Notes: a model not told the origin generated them from the letters alone. Shown: positions 1 through 9,678, numbered from the stretch's first letter. The stretch is DNA of 63,325 bases from an uncultured Eubacteriales bacterium (GCA_900316035.1 ONBI01000016.1:1-63325); one strand, 5' to 3'. Numbers and translations: made by a program.

Positions 1-1
1 C

Positions 2-847
2 TCCGATACCGGTAAGACCGTTCAGGCTTTAACCTCCGTCAAGAACAAGGATCAGGTCCGCCGTTCCATCAATAAGATCAAGTCCGAAGGCGGCACCGAG
101 ATCATCCCTGGTCTGAAAGCGGCCAGCAACCAGATTGCCGATTCGAAATGCGACTATAAGTCCATCATCATCCTCTCCGATGGTGATCCTTTCGAACAGG
201 AAAACACCATCATGCGTCAGGTCCGCAACATCGTCAAAAAGGATGTTTCGATCTCCTGCATCAACATCTCCAATAACTCTTCTACCGCTATCGCTCTTCT
301 GAAGAACATTTCCAGAGAAGGAGAAGGCTCTTATATCTATTGCAGTTCGGCAGCTACCCTTGTTGTGGCGATGCAATCCCTCGTCAAAGAGAATCTTAAA
401 TTCTCAAATGGTTCTGTCGTAGAAGGGGATAACGATGGTTATTTGGTTTCCCTTACCGATAGTAGTGATGATTCCTTACAGGGAATCACTACTCTTCCTC
501 CTTTTCTTTATGGATTTGATTATGCGTTTAAGAAAGAAGGAGCAAAAGAAGTTCTTTCTACTTCTTTCTCCTTACCTAAGCTCTATAGTGAAGACTATCC
601 TACCAAGAAAGTGACGACTTCGAAAACAAAGAACTCTTCTCTCTTTGCTACCTGGAAATTCGGTAACGGATTTGTTTCTTCCTTTGCTTCCTCTTTAGGA
701 AGAAAGGTAGGAGATCTACAAGATACTTCCTCTAGCGAAGAACCTGCTACCGAAGGGAAAAGTTGGTCTAGAAATTTCTTCTCCACGAGCGAAGGAGCCT
801 TATTCTTAAAACAGGCTCTGAAAGCGAACCGGAAGCAGGTTGCTTAA
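2..847 (+). CDS. von Willebrand factor type A (vWA) domain protein, 5' end cut by window edge
   Basis: Frame 2 is open from nt 2. The translation ...KSEGGTEIIPGLKAA...YKSIIILSDGDP... matches vWA/MIDAS-type segments. The listed ORF 212-847 is only the part after an internal Met. Confidence 0.65.
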   Translation, partial: SDTGKTVQALTSVKNKDQVRRSINKIKSEGGTEIIPGLKAASNQIADSKCDYKSIIILSDGDPFEQENTIMRQVRNIVKKDVSISCINISNNSSTAIALLKNISREGEGSYIYCSSAATLVVAMQSLVKENLKFSNGSVVEGDNDGYLVSLTDSSDDSLQGITTLPPFLYGFDYAFKKEGAKEVLSTSFSLPKLYSEDYPTKKVTTSKTKNSSLFATWKFGNGFVSSFASSLGRKVGDLQDTSSSEEPATEGKSWSRNFFSTSEGALFLKQALKANRKQVA

Positions 848-866
848 TAGAGATTGAAACAAAAAC

Positions 867-914
867 AAGGCTATCCGAGAATCCCTTTATTAAGGTACTC
901 GAGTAGCCTTTTTC
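867..914. terminator. bidirectional rho-independent terminator between convergent genes
   Basis: aaggctatccgag (867-879) pairs with ctcgagtagcctt (898-910). There is a T-run after the hairpin on the + strand and gtttttgttt after it on the - strand. Confidence 0.6.
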
Positions 915-917
915 TTC

Positions 918-2336
918 TTACGCTTTTTTAACCGCTTCCTGTTGCTTTGCGGAAGTTGTTACTTCTTTTTTATCCATTTTCTTAAAAGTATTCCGAAAGA
1001 GGATAATCATAGAAATAATATGAGCAATCCATGTTATCCCCCAACTCAGAGGATAAGAAAGATAAAGACCGAAGATCGTATGGAACTGATCCAAAGGGAA
1101 AAGAGTATAAATATAAAGAATACGAAGAACACAGATACCCACTAAAGAAATAATCATAGGAGTAATAGAATAACCTAACCCTCTTACCGCTGAAGATATC
1201 GTACAGAGTAAACCATAGATGGTATAAGTAGCTCCGATGATCTTTATCTTCTCCAATCCATAGGAGATAGCCTCCGGATCCGAGATATAGATTCTCAGCA
1301 ACGGTTCTCCAAAGAAATATACAAAGAGACCACCGGACAAAGAGAAAAGAAAACCATAAAGAGAAGTATAGAAAGTAGAAGTGAGAATCCTCTTTTTATC
1401 CTTTGCTCCATAGTTCGCACCGACAAAAGCGACCGCCGTCTGGGCAAAAGCATCGACACCGGTAGAAAGGAAAGACTCAATCGAACTCTCGGCTCCGGTA
1501 CCGCTGACCGCAGCGGAACCGAAGGAGTTGATCGAACTCTGTAAGACAACATTGCTTAACGAGAACAGAGCCGATTGAATACCGGCCGGTAAACCGATTC
1601 GAAGGATATTGATCATCTCTACCTTATAGAACCGGATCTTTTTCCAGTGAAGAGAAGCAAAAGAGTTTTTGCTTCTTAATAAGGTATAAGTAACAAGAAA
1701 TGCCGAGATACCCTGAGAAATCAAAGTCGTAAGAGCAACCCCAGCAACATCGAGCTTGAAAGTGATGACAAAAAGAAAATTGAGACCCACATTGATCAGT
1801 CCCGAGAAGAAAAGATATAAGAAAGGTCTAAGAGTATCTCCCATACCGCGGAGTAATGCTGCTCCGAAGTTATAGATAATGATAAAGGGAATACCGATAA
1901 AGTAGATCGTCATATAGACGTTGCTTAAATCGATGATATCGGAAGGAGTACCCATGGCTAATAAAAAGTATTTGCTGCAGGTTACTCCGATCACCAATAG
2001 GAGGATACTGGAGAGGATTCCGATAAGATAGGTAGCTCCGATGATACGTTCCGCTTTCTCTTTATCTTTTTCGCCATAAGCCTGAGCAATCAAGACATTG
2101 GCTCCTACGGAGAAACCTAAGAAAAGAGAAACAATCAGACTGATCAGAGAGGTAGTAGCGGAAATTGCTCCGACCGAATTCTTCGAACCGAAGTTACCGC
2201 AGGTGATTAAATCCGCTGCGGAATAAAGGAGCTGTAACCATCCGGATAGCAGTACCGGAAAAGCAAAAAGCAGACTCTTTTTGGCAATCGAGCCTGTCGT
2301 CATATTCATCTGCAGAGAATGTCTTTTTTCTTCCAC
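918..2336 (-). CDS. MATE family efflux transporter
   Basis: 472-aa polytopic membrane protein with a MATE-like N-terminus (SIAKKSLLFAFPVLLSGWLQLLYSAADL) and a 12-TM-like layout. The annotated start at 2336 is GTG; ATG alternatives lie at 2309 and 2303. Confidence 0.85.
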   Translation of the reverse strand: MEEKRHSLQMNMTTGSIAKKSLLFAFPVLLSGWLQLLYSAADLITCGNFGSKNSVGAISATTSLISLIVSLFLGFSVGANVLIAQAYGEKDKEKAERIIGATYLIGILSSILLLVIGVTCSKYFLLAMGTPSDIIDLSNVYMTIYFIGIPFIIIYNFGAALLRGMGDTLRPFLYLFFSGLINVGLNFLFVITFKLDVAGVALTTLISQGISAFLVTYTLLRSKNSFASLHWKKIRFYKVEMINILRIGLPAGIQSALFSLSNVVLQSSINSFGSAAVSGTGAESSIESFLSTGVDAFAQTAVAFVGANYGAKDKKRILTSTFYTSLYGFLFSLSGGLFVYFFGEPLLRIYISDPEAISYGLEKIKIIGATYTIYGLLCTISSAVRGLGYSITPMIISLVGICVLRILYIYTLFPLDQFHTIFGLYLSYPLSWGITWIAHIISMIILFRNTFKKMDKKEVTTSAKQQEAVKKA

Positions 2337-2418
2337 AGAAAAAGATTCTAGTGCTTTTCTAAGAAGATAAAAGGAATTCGCCTATGAAACGGGTTTCTAA
2401 GGAAGAAAAAGCGGAAAT

Positions 2419-2673
2419 TTACTTCTGGTCGATAGCCTTTCCTCTCTCTACTTCCTTGATTTTTCTTTTTCGTTCTGCTGCTTCCTCTGCTGTAAAACCG
2501 TTCTCATCCCGAAGAGAAATATGGATTCCTTGGTTACGGACAGCTTGCTTAATTAAGGCAAGGGTAGCTGCCGACATCGTTAATCCAAGAGAATCACAAA
2601 GCTTACGATATTCTTCCCTGGTTTCACGATTCATCTTGAAAGTAAAATTCGTCATTGTGTTCTTACTTGCCAT
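2419..2673 (-). CDS. RelB/DinJ family antitoxin-like protein (no toxin partner)
   Basis: MASKNTMTNFTFKMNRETREEYRKLCDSLGLTMSAATLALIKQAV matches the ribbon-helix-helix DinJ N-terminus. ATG at 2671-2673 is preceded by AGAGG. Confidence 0.7.
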   Translation of the reverse strand: MASKNTMTNFTFKMNRETREEYRKLCDSLGLTMSAATLALIKQAVRNQGIHISLRDENGFTAEEAAERKRKIKEVERGKAIDQK

Positions 2674-2802
2674 AACCTCTACCAACGGGATACGACAAAA
2701 CACGTATAGAATATGTGCTTTTTAGGTGCAAGAGAAATTCTACTTCAACCAAAAATAGCAACCGGAATCAAAGAGGATTCCCGCTGCTATGGATTGTCTT
2801 CT

Positions 2803-4059
2803 TTATTCTGTTTCGATCCAGAGAGGAGAAGAAAGAAGAACTTCTTCTTTTACTTCTTTCCCGCTTAAGAGATCCTTTCCTTTACAGGGTAAAGTATAAG
2901 GAAGCTCATGCTTCTTAGAAAGATTGAAGACACCGTATTCTACTTTATTGTTCTCAAAGGAGTTCTTTACTAAGAGAACATTCTCCTTGGTAGAGAGGAT
3001 CTCCGAATAACGGAGAGAAGTATTCTTCTCTCTATGTTTCAGAGAAACCAGTTTCTGATAGAAATCATAATAGTCTTTATCTAGGACTTCCTGAGGAATC
3101 GTTTCTTTTTCAAAGATATCCGGATGATGAGTCGCTTTTCTTTCTTCTCCGTTATAGACAAAAGCAGGACCTTTCGTGAAGAAAGAGAAAGCTAACAGAG
3201 ATCTTGTGAAAGATTCCTCTTTGGAATAGGAAGCGATTCTTTTCCGATCATGGTTTTCAATCGCTCTCGTCACAAGACAATCATAAGGAAGAGAAGCTTC
3301 TTCTAAAGAGAATGCAGCTTCATAAGGAGCTAAAGAATCGCTTCTTCCTTCTAAATAATCCTGTAACCATCCCCAGGAAGCATAAGGATAAAAGAGTTCC
3401 ATACCACTAGCCGCATATTCGCCATTCGAATAACTCGGGATACCTATGGCTCTTAGATAATTGAGGAACTTCGTATCCACGACTTCCCCTAAGAAAAGAC
3501 AGTCTTTTCCTAAGGCCTCTTTGGCTTTCTTGAAAAACGATGGCGGAATCAAAGAAGTCACATCAAAACGGAAACCATCGATCCCTAAAGAGACATATTT
3601 CTTCAAGACTTTGTCGATGAGATATTCATCGACCCCTTTGACACTGTGATTCAGATCGGCTACATCGCTCCAATCTTTGATACGGTTAACGGGTTTCCCG
3701 TCTTTCTGATAGAACCAATCTGGATGTTCTTTACTAAGTTTGGAATCTCTCGAGGTATGGTTAAACACCATATCGAGGATCACTTTCTTTCCCTTATAAT
3801 GAAGAAGAGAAGTGAATTCCTTGAGATCTTCCTCGTTACCATTCAGAGGATCGATCTTTTCATAATCCTGGATACTATAAGGAGAACCATAGGTTCCTTT
3901 TCTACCTATCTTTCCGAGGGGTTGAATCGGCATCAGATAAAAGATATCGCCACCGGTCGAAAGAAGCGTATCTAAGTTCTTAATCAATCCCTGAAGATTC
4001 CCTTCTTCACTATAGTCTCTTACAAAAATCTGATAGATGATCTTATCTCTGAGTTCCAT
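2803..4059 (-). CDS. alpha-amylase family (GH13) glycoside hydrolase
   Basis: GH13 conserved regions are present: VILDMVFNHTS, GIDGFRFDV, FLGEVV and IENHD. ATG at 4057-4059 has AAAGGAG upstream. Confidence 0.85.
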   Translation of the reverse strand: MELRDKIIYQIFVRDYSEEGNLQGLIKNLDTLLSTGGDIFYLMPIQPLGKIGRKGTYGSPYSIQDYEKIDPLNGNEEDLKEFTSLLHYKGKKVILDMVFNHTSRDSKLSKEHPDWFYQKDGKPVNRIKDWSDVADLNHSVKGVDEYLIDKVLKKYVSLGIDGFRFDVTSLIPPSFFKKAKEALGKDCLFLGEVVDTKFLNYLRAIGIPSYSNGEYAASGMELFYPYASWGWLQDYLEGRSDSLAPYEAAFSLEEASLPYDCLVTRAIENHDRKRIASYSKEESFTRSLLAFSFFTKGPAFVYNGEERKATHHPDIFEKETIPQEVLDKDYYDFYQKLVSLKHREKNTSLRYSEILSTKENVLLVKNSFENNKVEYGVFNLSKKHELPYTLPCKGKDLLSGKEVKEEVLLSSPLWIETE

Positions 4060-4161
4060 TGGTTTTCGGACTCCTTTCTCTTCAATAAGATAGCAGAAAA
4101 AACAGAGCCAGAAGCAAAAACACTTTCTATAATGTTTCCTTAGTCAAAGAGGAAAAAGACC

Positions 4162-5160
4162 TTGTTCCAAGCTAGATTCACTGTTCCTTCTTACTACGAA
4201 GGCTTTGCCTGCAAAGGCAAAGAATGCCGTAACTGCTGTTGTCAGGGATGGAAAATCACCCTGAATCAGAAAGAATACTTCTCTCTCCATTCTCTTGAGG
4301 TACCAGAAGAGATCAATGAAAAAATAGAAGCCTATGTCGGTATCGAAGAACATCCTAGCGTAGAAGACTATGGAAGAATCAATCTCACCTACGAAGGAAA
4401 ATGCCCCTTTCGACGGAAGAAAGACGGATACTGCGCTTTACAGGTTCTTTTAGGAGAAGAAAAAATACCATCGGTATGCCGCTATTATCCAAGAGCACCA
4501 AGACTCTATCCGGTTCCCGAATGCTCCATCTCCAACTCCTGTGAATGGGTCATCGAAGAACTGATCCATTCCAAAGAGAAACTCACCTTCCATAAGAAGA
4601 CCCTCTCCTTTGCTTTCGAGGATGACGAAAGAAAAGAGTATCCGAAAGACTTCATCACCAAGAGAAACCACTGCTTCTCTTTGATCGGGAACAGAAGATA
4701 TACGATACCGGAAAGACTTTCCCATATCGCTACCTATCTCGGAGTGACACCTTTACCGAGAAAAGAAATTCCTCTTTATCTAACCTATCTGAAACAAGCT
4801 ACTCATCATTCCTATAGCCTAGGAGAAGAAGTAAGTAAGATGGATCCGGATAGAGATCCTCTTACAAGAGAAACTCTCCTTTCCAACAAGATTCCTTACT
4901 ACGAGATAAGAGCCGAAAAGATCTTTGCCAATCATCTTCTTTTTGTCACCTTCCCTTATGTCGGGGAAGAAGAGAATTTCTTCAAGGCGGCAAGAGGACT
5001 AGAAGTCCTCTATTCCTTCTATGAAGAAATCCTTCTATCCTGCTTACCAAGATATAACCGGGAAAAGTTTGTTGACCTCACCGCTTCTTTCTTCCGACTT
5101 GCGGAACACTCGAATCTTTATTCTTTGATTTCTTCTATCACCCCATTGATAGAAAAATAA
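4162..5160 (+). CDS. FliB-like cysteine-cluster protein (flagellin lysine-N-methylase / YkgJ-type CxxxxCxxCCC family)
   Basis: The N-terminus PSYYEGFACKGKECRNCCCQGWKITLNQKEY resembles the FliB family signature, recalled from memory. TTG start with AAGAGGAAAAA upstream. Confidence 0.55.
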   Translation: MFQARFTVPSYYEGFACKGKECRNCCCQGWKITLNQKEYFSLHSLEVPEEINEKIEAYVGIEEHPSVEDYGRINLTYEGKCPFRRKKDGYCALQVLLGEEKIPSVCRYYPRAPRLYPVPECSISNSCEWVIEELIHSKEKLTFHKKTLSFAFEDDERKEYPKDFITKRNHCFSLIGNRRYTIPERLSHIATYLGVTPLPRKEIPLYLTYLKQATHHSYSLGEEVSKMDPDRDPLTRETLLSNKIPYYEIRAEKIFANHLLFVTFPYVGEEENFFKAARGLEVLYSFYEEILLSCLPRYNREKFVDLTASFFRLAEHSNLYSLISSITPLIEK

Positions 5161-5190
5161 GTTGTTTCTTTTTTCTTTAGATTTGATTAG

Positions 5191-5218
5191 AGAAAAAGCC
5201 GATAGGCACAGGCTTTCT
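5191..5218. terminator. bidirectional terminator (FliB-like gene / DinJ-like gene)
   Basis: aaagcc-gataggcaca-ggcttt hairpin, with an A-run before it and TTCTT after it. It sits between convergent 3' ends. Confidence 0.45.
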
Positions 5219-5307
5219 TAAGAAAATACGGATTTGCACATCAGATCGGATTGACCCGCCCTGAATTACCATTCAGGTCTTTCTTGAATGGATCGGTAAC
5301 TTTCCGT

Positions 5308-5604
5308 TCAAGCATGATCTTTATCCTCTCCGAGAACATCGTGGATCATCTCCTCGGCAGAGGAATATTTCTTTGCAGGGATTTTTCCGGCAGAAATCGA
5401 ACGAGCTTCCTCCATCGCTGCTTCCGTTTCGGCATTATACCGTGGCTGACGCACTTCAAAGGGAAGACCACCTTCCATCAAGGATACATGAAGGAAGATG
5501 TTGATGGCATCCGTAACGGACATACCAAACTTACTGTATAGGCTCTCAACCTCAGTCTTGAACTTAGGATCCACTCGAACATTGATGTTTGCAGACTTAG
5601 ACAT
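5308..5604 (-). CDS. RelB/DinJ family antitoxin-like protein (no toxin partner)
   Basis: MSKSANINVRVDPKFKTEVESLYSKFGMSVTDAINIFL is a DinJ-type RHH N-terminus. ATG at 5602-5604 has GGAGGTG upstream. The longer listed ORF (to 5712) adds an implausible N-terminal extension. Confidence 0.8.
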   Translation of the reverse strand: MSKSANINVRVDPKFKTEVESLYSKFGMSVTDAINIFLHVSLMEGGLPFEVRQPRYNAETEAAMEEARSISAGKIPAKKYSSAEEMIHDVLGEDKDHA

Positions 5605-6200
5605 AAGAGTCACCTCCTGATTGAATTGTATAGCGAAAGTGAAACAAATGCAATAAAACGTTTTACATTTTACAAATCGTTCAAGACAAATACCGAAAAT
5701 CGGAGATTCCAATACTATTAGCCAAAGTTTGTTGAGGAGAAGAACATGTGGAATGACTTCTGTAGATAAACCATCCCATTTTGATGCTCACGTCACAAGA
5801 TTCAGACCGATCCGTATTCTTTTTAAGAAAAAATATTTTCGAAAAATATTGACAGCACTTTTCCTCTGTTGCTATCATTTTGCCGTTCTGGGAAATTTTC
5901 CTAGGACTTGGATGAATCCTGCTGATACGTTTTCTGTTATGCACCTCTGCTTCCTCCGCATTATTGGTGGCCCCGAAAAGGGGAGAAAATTTTATGGGTT
6001 GGTTCGGGTATAGTAACTCCTCTTTCTTTTCTTCATACTTGCAACTTGTAAGACAAATCAATAGAGCAGTGAAAGTAAGTCCATGACAACATAGACTAAA
6101 TCCAAGTCTCTTTCTTTTTCGCAAACTTGTTTTACATTTCTGCAAGGCCTTTACGGGTCTTTTTTTAGTGTTCCATGTGCGAAAAAGAAAGGAGAACAAC

Positions 6201-7460
6201 ATGGCTAAAGTAGTGATTATCGGGACGGGAGCCGTGGCGAAAGTCGGGGCGGTCAAATGTGCGGAGCATCCGGAGATCTTCTCTACCATTATCATCGCTT
6301 CGCATCATCTTCCGAAATGCGAAGCTTTGGTAAAAGAAGTCCAGCCGAAAACCAGTGCCGAGATGATCCCCTATGAAGTCGATGCCGGTAACTTAGAAGA
6401 GATGAAGACACTTCTCTCGAAATATCATCCGGATCTTGTTCTTCATCTTGGGCTTCCTTATCACAACCTCACCATCATGGAAGCCTGTGTTCAGGAAAAA
6501 GTCCACTATATCGATACCGCTGCCGCAGAACCGGAAGATGTCAACGAACCGGAATTTAGGAAATACTACGAAAAACGTTGCAAAGAGAAAGGCTTCTACG
6601 CTTACTTCGATTATCCTTTCCAGTGGGCTTATAAAAAACGTTTCGAAGAAGCAGGAGTAACGGCAATTTTAGGCTGTGGCTTTGATCCCGGTGCCACCCA
6701 AGCTTATGTCGCCTATGCCAAGAAACATGAATTCGATACCATCGATACCATCGATATCTTAGACTGTAACGGCGGCAGTAACGGCTATCCTTTCGCCACC
6801 AATTTCAACCCCGAGATCAACCTGAGAGAAGTATCCTCTCCTGCTGCCTATTGGGAGAACCACACGTTCCATAGAGTCGAACCGATGACCATCCAAAGAG
6901 AATACGATTTCGATGGCGTCGGAAAGAAAGACATCTATCTTCTCTACCATGAAGAGATGGAATCCTTAGGAAAGAACTATCCCGAAATCAAGAGAATGCG
7001 TTTCTGGATGACTTTCTCAAAGTCTTATCTTGACCATATGCGCTGCTTAGAAGATGTCGGACTGCTTTCTCCCAAAGCCATCGACTACGAAGGCCATAAG
7101 ATCGTTCCGATCCAGTTCCTCAAAGCTCTTTTACCCGATCCGGCTACCTTAGGAAGCAAGACCGTCGGGAAAACCAATATCGGCTGTATCTTCACCGGAA
7201 AAAAAGACGGCAAAGAGAAGCACTACTATATCTACAATATCTCCGACCATCAGGAAGCCTATAAAGAAACCGGTACCCAGGGTGTTTCCTATACCGCCGG
7301 TGTTCCGGCAGTATGCGGAGCCATGATGCTTTTAACCAAGAAGTGGAATAAACCCGGTGTCTACAATGTCGAAGAGATGGACCCCGATCCCTTCATCGAT
7401 TCCATGAACCATAACGGCTTACCGATCAAGGAATCCTATACTCCGGAGATGGTGGAATGA
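6201..7460 (+). CDS. carboxy(nor)spermidine dehydrogenase/synthase (saccharopine dehydrogenase family)
   Basis: MAKVVIIGTGAVAKVGAVKCAEHP is a Rossmann N-terminus, the protein is about 420 aa, and its stop overlaps the start of the decarboxylase gene by ATGA. ATG at 6201 follows AAAGGAG. Confidence 0.8.
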   Translation: MAKVVIIGTGAVAKVGAVKCAEHPEIFSTIIIASHHLPKCEALVKEVQPKTSAEMIPYEVDAGNLEEMKTLLSKYHPDLVLHLGLPYHNLTIMEACVQEKVHYIDTAAAEPEDVNEPEFRKYYEKRCKEKGFYAYFDYPFQWAYKKRFEEAGVTAILGCGFDPGATQAYVAYAKKHEFDTIDTIDILDCNGGSNGYPFATNFNPEINLREVSSPAAYWENHTFHRVEPMTIQREYDFDGVGKKDIYLLYHEEMESLGKNYPEIKRMRFWMTFSKSYLDHMRCLEDVGLLSPKAIDYEGHKIVPIQFLKALLPDPATLGSKTVGKTNIGCIFTGKKDGKEKHYYIYNISDHQEAYKETGTQGVSYTAGVPAVCGAMMLLTKKWNKPGVYNVEEMDPDPFIDSMNHNGLPIKESYTPEMVE

Positions 7461-8665
7461 AAGACCTCACTCCTCCTTTCCGCTCTTTAAAAGGAAAAGA
7501 CCCCTTTGCTCTTTTTAAGAACGTCGAGACTCCTTCCTTTATCCTCGATGAGAAAGCCTTGGAGTATGACGGAAAGATTCTAAAAGACGTCGAAGAGAAA
7601 TCCGGTGCCAGAATCCTCTTAGCCCAGAAAGCTTTCTCTAACTACGATCTCTATCCTCTTCTATCGAACTATGTCTATGGAACCGAAGCTTCGGGACTTT
7701 ACGAAGCAAGGTTAGGAAAAGAAGAGATGCCGGATAAAGAAGTCCATGTCTTCTCGGCTGCTTATCGGGAAGAAGAATTTGAGGAAATACTCAAGGTTGC
7801 CGATCACATCGTCTTCAATTCGATTTCACAGCTGAAAAAATACGGAGAGAAAGCAAAAGGAAAAGGAAAATCCATAGGGTTAAGAGTTAACCCCGAATTT
7901 TCTACGCAGGTCGGACACGATATCTATAACCCCTGTGCTCCAGGCTCTCGATTAGGGGTAACGGAGAAGAATTTCGTAGAAGGGATGACTCCGGAACTTC
8001 TTTCTCTTTTAGACGGCCTTCATTTCCATACCCTCTGCCAACAGAACTCGGATGATTTAGAAAAGACTTTTGATGTCGTAGAGAAGAAATTCTCCCCCTA
8101 TTTCTCCTCTTTGAAATGGATCAACTTCGGAGGAGGACACCATATCACAAGAGACGATTATGATCGGGAAAGACTGATCTCCTTAGTCAAAAGAGTAAGA
8201 AACACCTATGGTTTAGAAGTCTATCTCGAACCGGGGGAAGCGGTGGTTCTGAATGCCGGGTATCTTCTTACCAAGGTCTTGGATACCTTTGATAACGGAA
8301 ATACCCATATCGCCATACTGGATACCTCCGCTGCCTGCCATATGCCGGATGTTTTAGAGATGCCGTATCGTCCTCCTCTTTACGGAGCGGATCTAGAGGG
8401 GAATGAAGTTACAATCCGTTTAGGTTCTCAGACCTGTTTAAGCGGAGATGTGATCGGGGATTACCGGTTTAAAGAGCCTTTGAAAGAAGGAGACTATCTT
8501 CTTTTCGGGGACATGGCTCTTTACACCACCTGTAAAACCAATACTTTCAACGGGATGCCTTTACCGAGTCTTTATCTTCTCCATAAGGATGATACGTTAG
8601 AGAAACTGGCTTCTTTCGGCTATGAGGATTTTAAATACCGTTTAGGCCGAAGCAAAAAGGAATAA
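7457..8665 (+). CDS. nspC: carboxy(nor)spermidine decarboxylase
   Basis: About 400-aa group IV PLP decarboxylase-like protein (ETPSFILDEKAL..., INFGGGHH, EPGEAVV), translationally coupled to the dehydrogenase. Confidence 0.8.
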   Translation: MKDLTPPFRSLKGKDPFALFKNVETPSFILDEKALEYDGKILKDVEEKSGARILLAQKAFSNYDLYPLLSNYVYGTEASGLYEARLGKEEMPDKEVHVFSAAYREEEFEEILKVADHIVFNSISQLKKYGEKAKGKGKSIGLRVNPEFSTQVGHDIYNPCAPGSRLGVTEKNFVEGMTPELLSLLDGLHFHTLCQQNSDDLEKTFDVVEKKFSPYFSSLKWINFGGGHHITRDDYDRERLISLVKRVRNTYGLEVYLEPGEAVVLNAGYLLTKVLDTFDNGNTHIAILDTSAACHMPDVLEMPYRPPLYGADLEGNEVTIRLGSQTCLSGDVIGDYRFKEPLKEGDYLLFGDMALYTTCKTNTFNGMPLPSLYLLHKDDTLEKLASFGYEDFKYRLGRSKKE

Positions 8666-8673
8666 AAAAGAAA

Positions 8674-9678
8674 ATGAAATCTTATCGTTTTGCGATTGTC
8701 GGTGCGACAGGTCTTGTCGGCCGGACCTTTTTGAAGGTGCTGGAAGAAGAGAAAATAAACGTAAGGGAAATCCGTCTTTTTGCCAGTCCGAAAAGCAAAG
8801 GAAAGAAGCTTCTTTTCCACGGAAAAGAAGTCGAAGTAGATATTCTTCAAAAAGGTTGCTTTCAAGGCTGTGACTTCGCTTTATTCTCTGCCGGTGCTTC
8901 GGTAAGTAAAGAATGGGCTCCTGTTGCTGCAAAAGAAGGAGCTCTTGTTGTCGATAACTCCTCTCAGTGGAGAATGGATTCAAACTGTGCTTTGATTGTT
9001 CCGGAAATCAATATCGAAGACTATAAAAATGCTTCTAGAATCATTGCTAACCCCAACTGCTCTACCATTCAGTCCGTTCTTCCTTTGAAACCTCTGGAGG
9101 ATGCTTTCTCTTTAACAAGAGTCACCTACACCACTTTCCAGGCGGTCTCCGGTTCCGGAGAAAAAGGAATCGACGATTATCACCGTTGCTTAGAAGGAAA
9201 AGAACCTCAGTTCTATCCTTATAACATCGCGAAAACCTGTATCCCGGAGATCGATATTCCTATGGAAGAGGGTTACACCAAAGAAGAGATAAAGATGGTG
9301 AATGAAACAAGAAAGATTCTTCATCATCCTTCTTTGAAGGTTTCCGCTACCTGTGTAAGAGTACCGGTAGAAGTAGGACATGGGGTATCGATACAGGCAG
9401 AGTTTTTAAAACCTTTTACGATTGAGAAAGTAAAAGAACTCCTTTCTTCTTTTGAAGGAATCAAAGTTGTCGATGATCTTCCTCATCATATCTATCCGGT
9501 ATCTACCTTAGCCTTAGATAACAATTACGTCTATGTCGGAAGAATTAGGAAAGATCTAGCACGGGAGAACTCTCTTCTTTTCTACTGTGTCGCTAATAAC
9601 GTAAGAAAAGGAGCTGCTGCAAACGCGGTACAGATTGTAGAGAAGATTATTCATGAGGAGGAGACGCTTCATGTATAA
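8674..9678 (+). CDS. asd: aspartate-semialdehyde dehydrogenase
   Basis: FAIVGATGLVGR NAD(P)-binding motif and active-site IANPNCSTIQ. Confidence 0.9.
   Translation: MKSYRFAIVGATGLVGRTFLKVLEEEKINVREIRLFASPKSKGKKLLFHGKEVEVDILQKGCFQGCDFALFSAGASVSKEWAPVAAKEGALVVDNSSQWRMDSNCALIVPEINIEDYKNASRIIANPNCSTIQSVLPLKPLEDAFSLTRVTYTTFQAVSGSGEKGIDDYHRCLEGKEPQFYPYNIAKTCIPEIDIPMEEGYTKEEIKMVNETRKILHHPSLKVSATCVRVPVEVGHGVSIQAEFLKPFTIEKVKELLSSFEGIKVVDDLPHHIYPVSTLALDNNYVYVGRIRKDLARENSLLFYCVANNVRKGAAANAVQIVEKIIHEEETLHV

Noticed and set aside
5930-6035. T-box-like GGTGG sequence next to a terminator-like hairpin upstream of the asd/ask-containing operon.
   Set aside because: The distance from the putative promoter is too short for Stem I. 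No specifier loop, AG bulge or canonical T-box 14-mer could be aligned by eye. Left as an unclassified leader.
5681-6295. 204-aa minus-strand ORF and 94-aa plus-strand ORF (5729-6013) in the polyamine leader region.
   Set aside because: They overlap each other and the start of the CANSDH gene. They lack RBSs, have odd composition (Cys/Lys/Phe-rich, no recognisable motifs), and sit in a region with promoter and hairpin features.
7457-7460. Possible Mollicutes-type genetic code (TGA = Trp), given the lipoprotein-rich, Mollicutes-like flavour.
   Set aside because: TGA terminates well-conserved genes at their expected ends, for example CANSDH at 7458-7460 and pyrE at 41188-41190. Conserved proteins read through without needing TGA as a sense codon.
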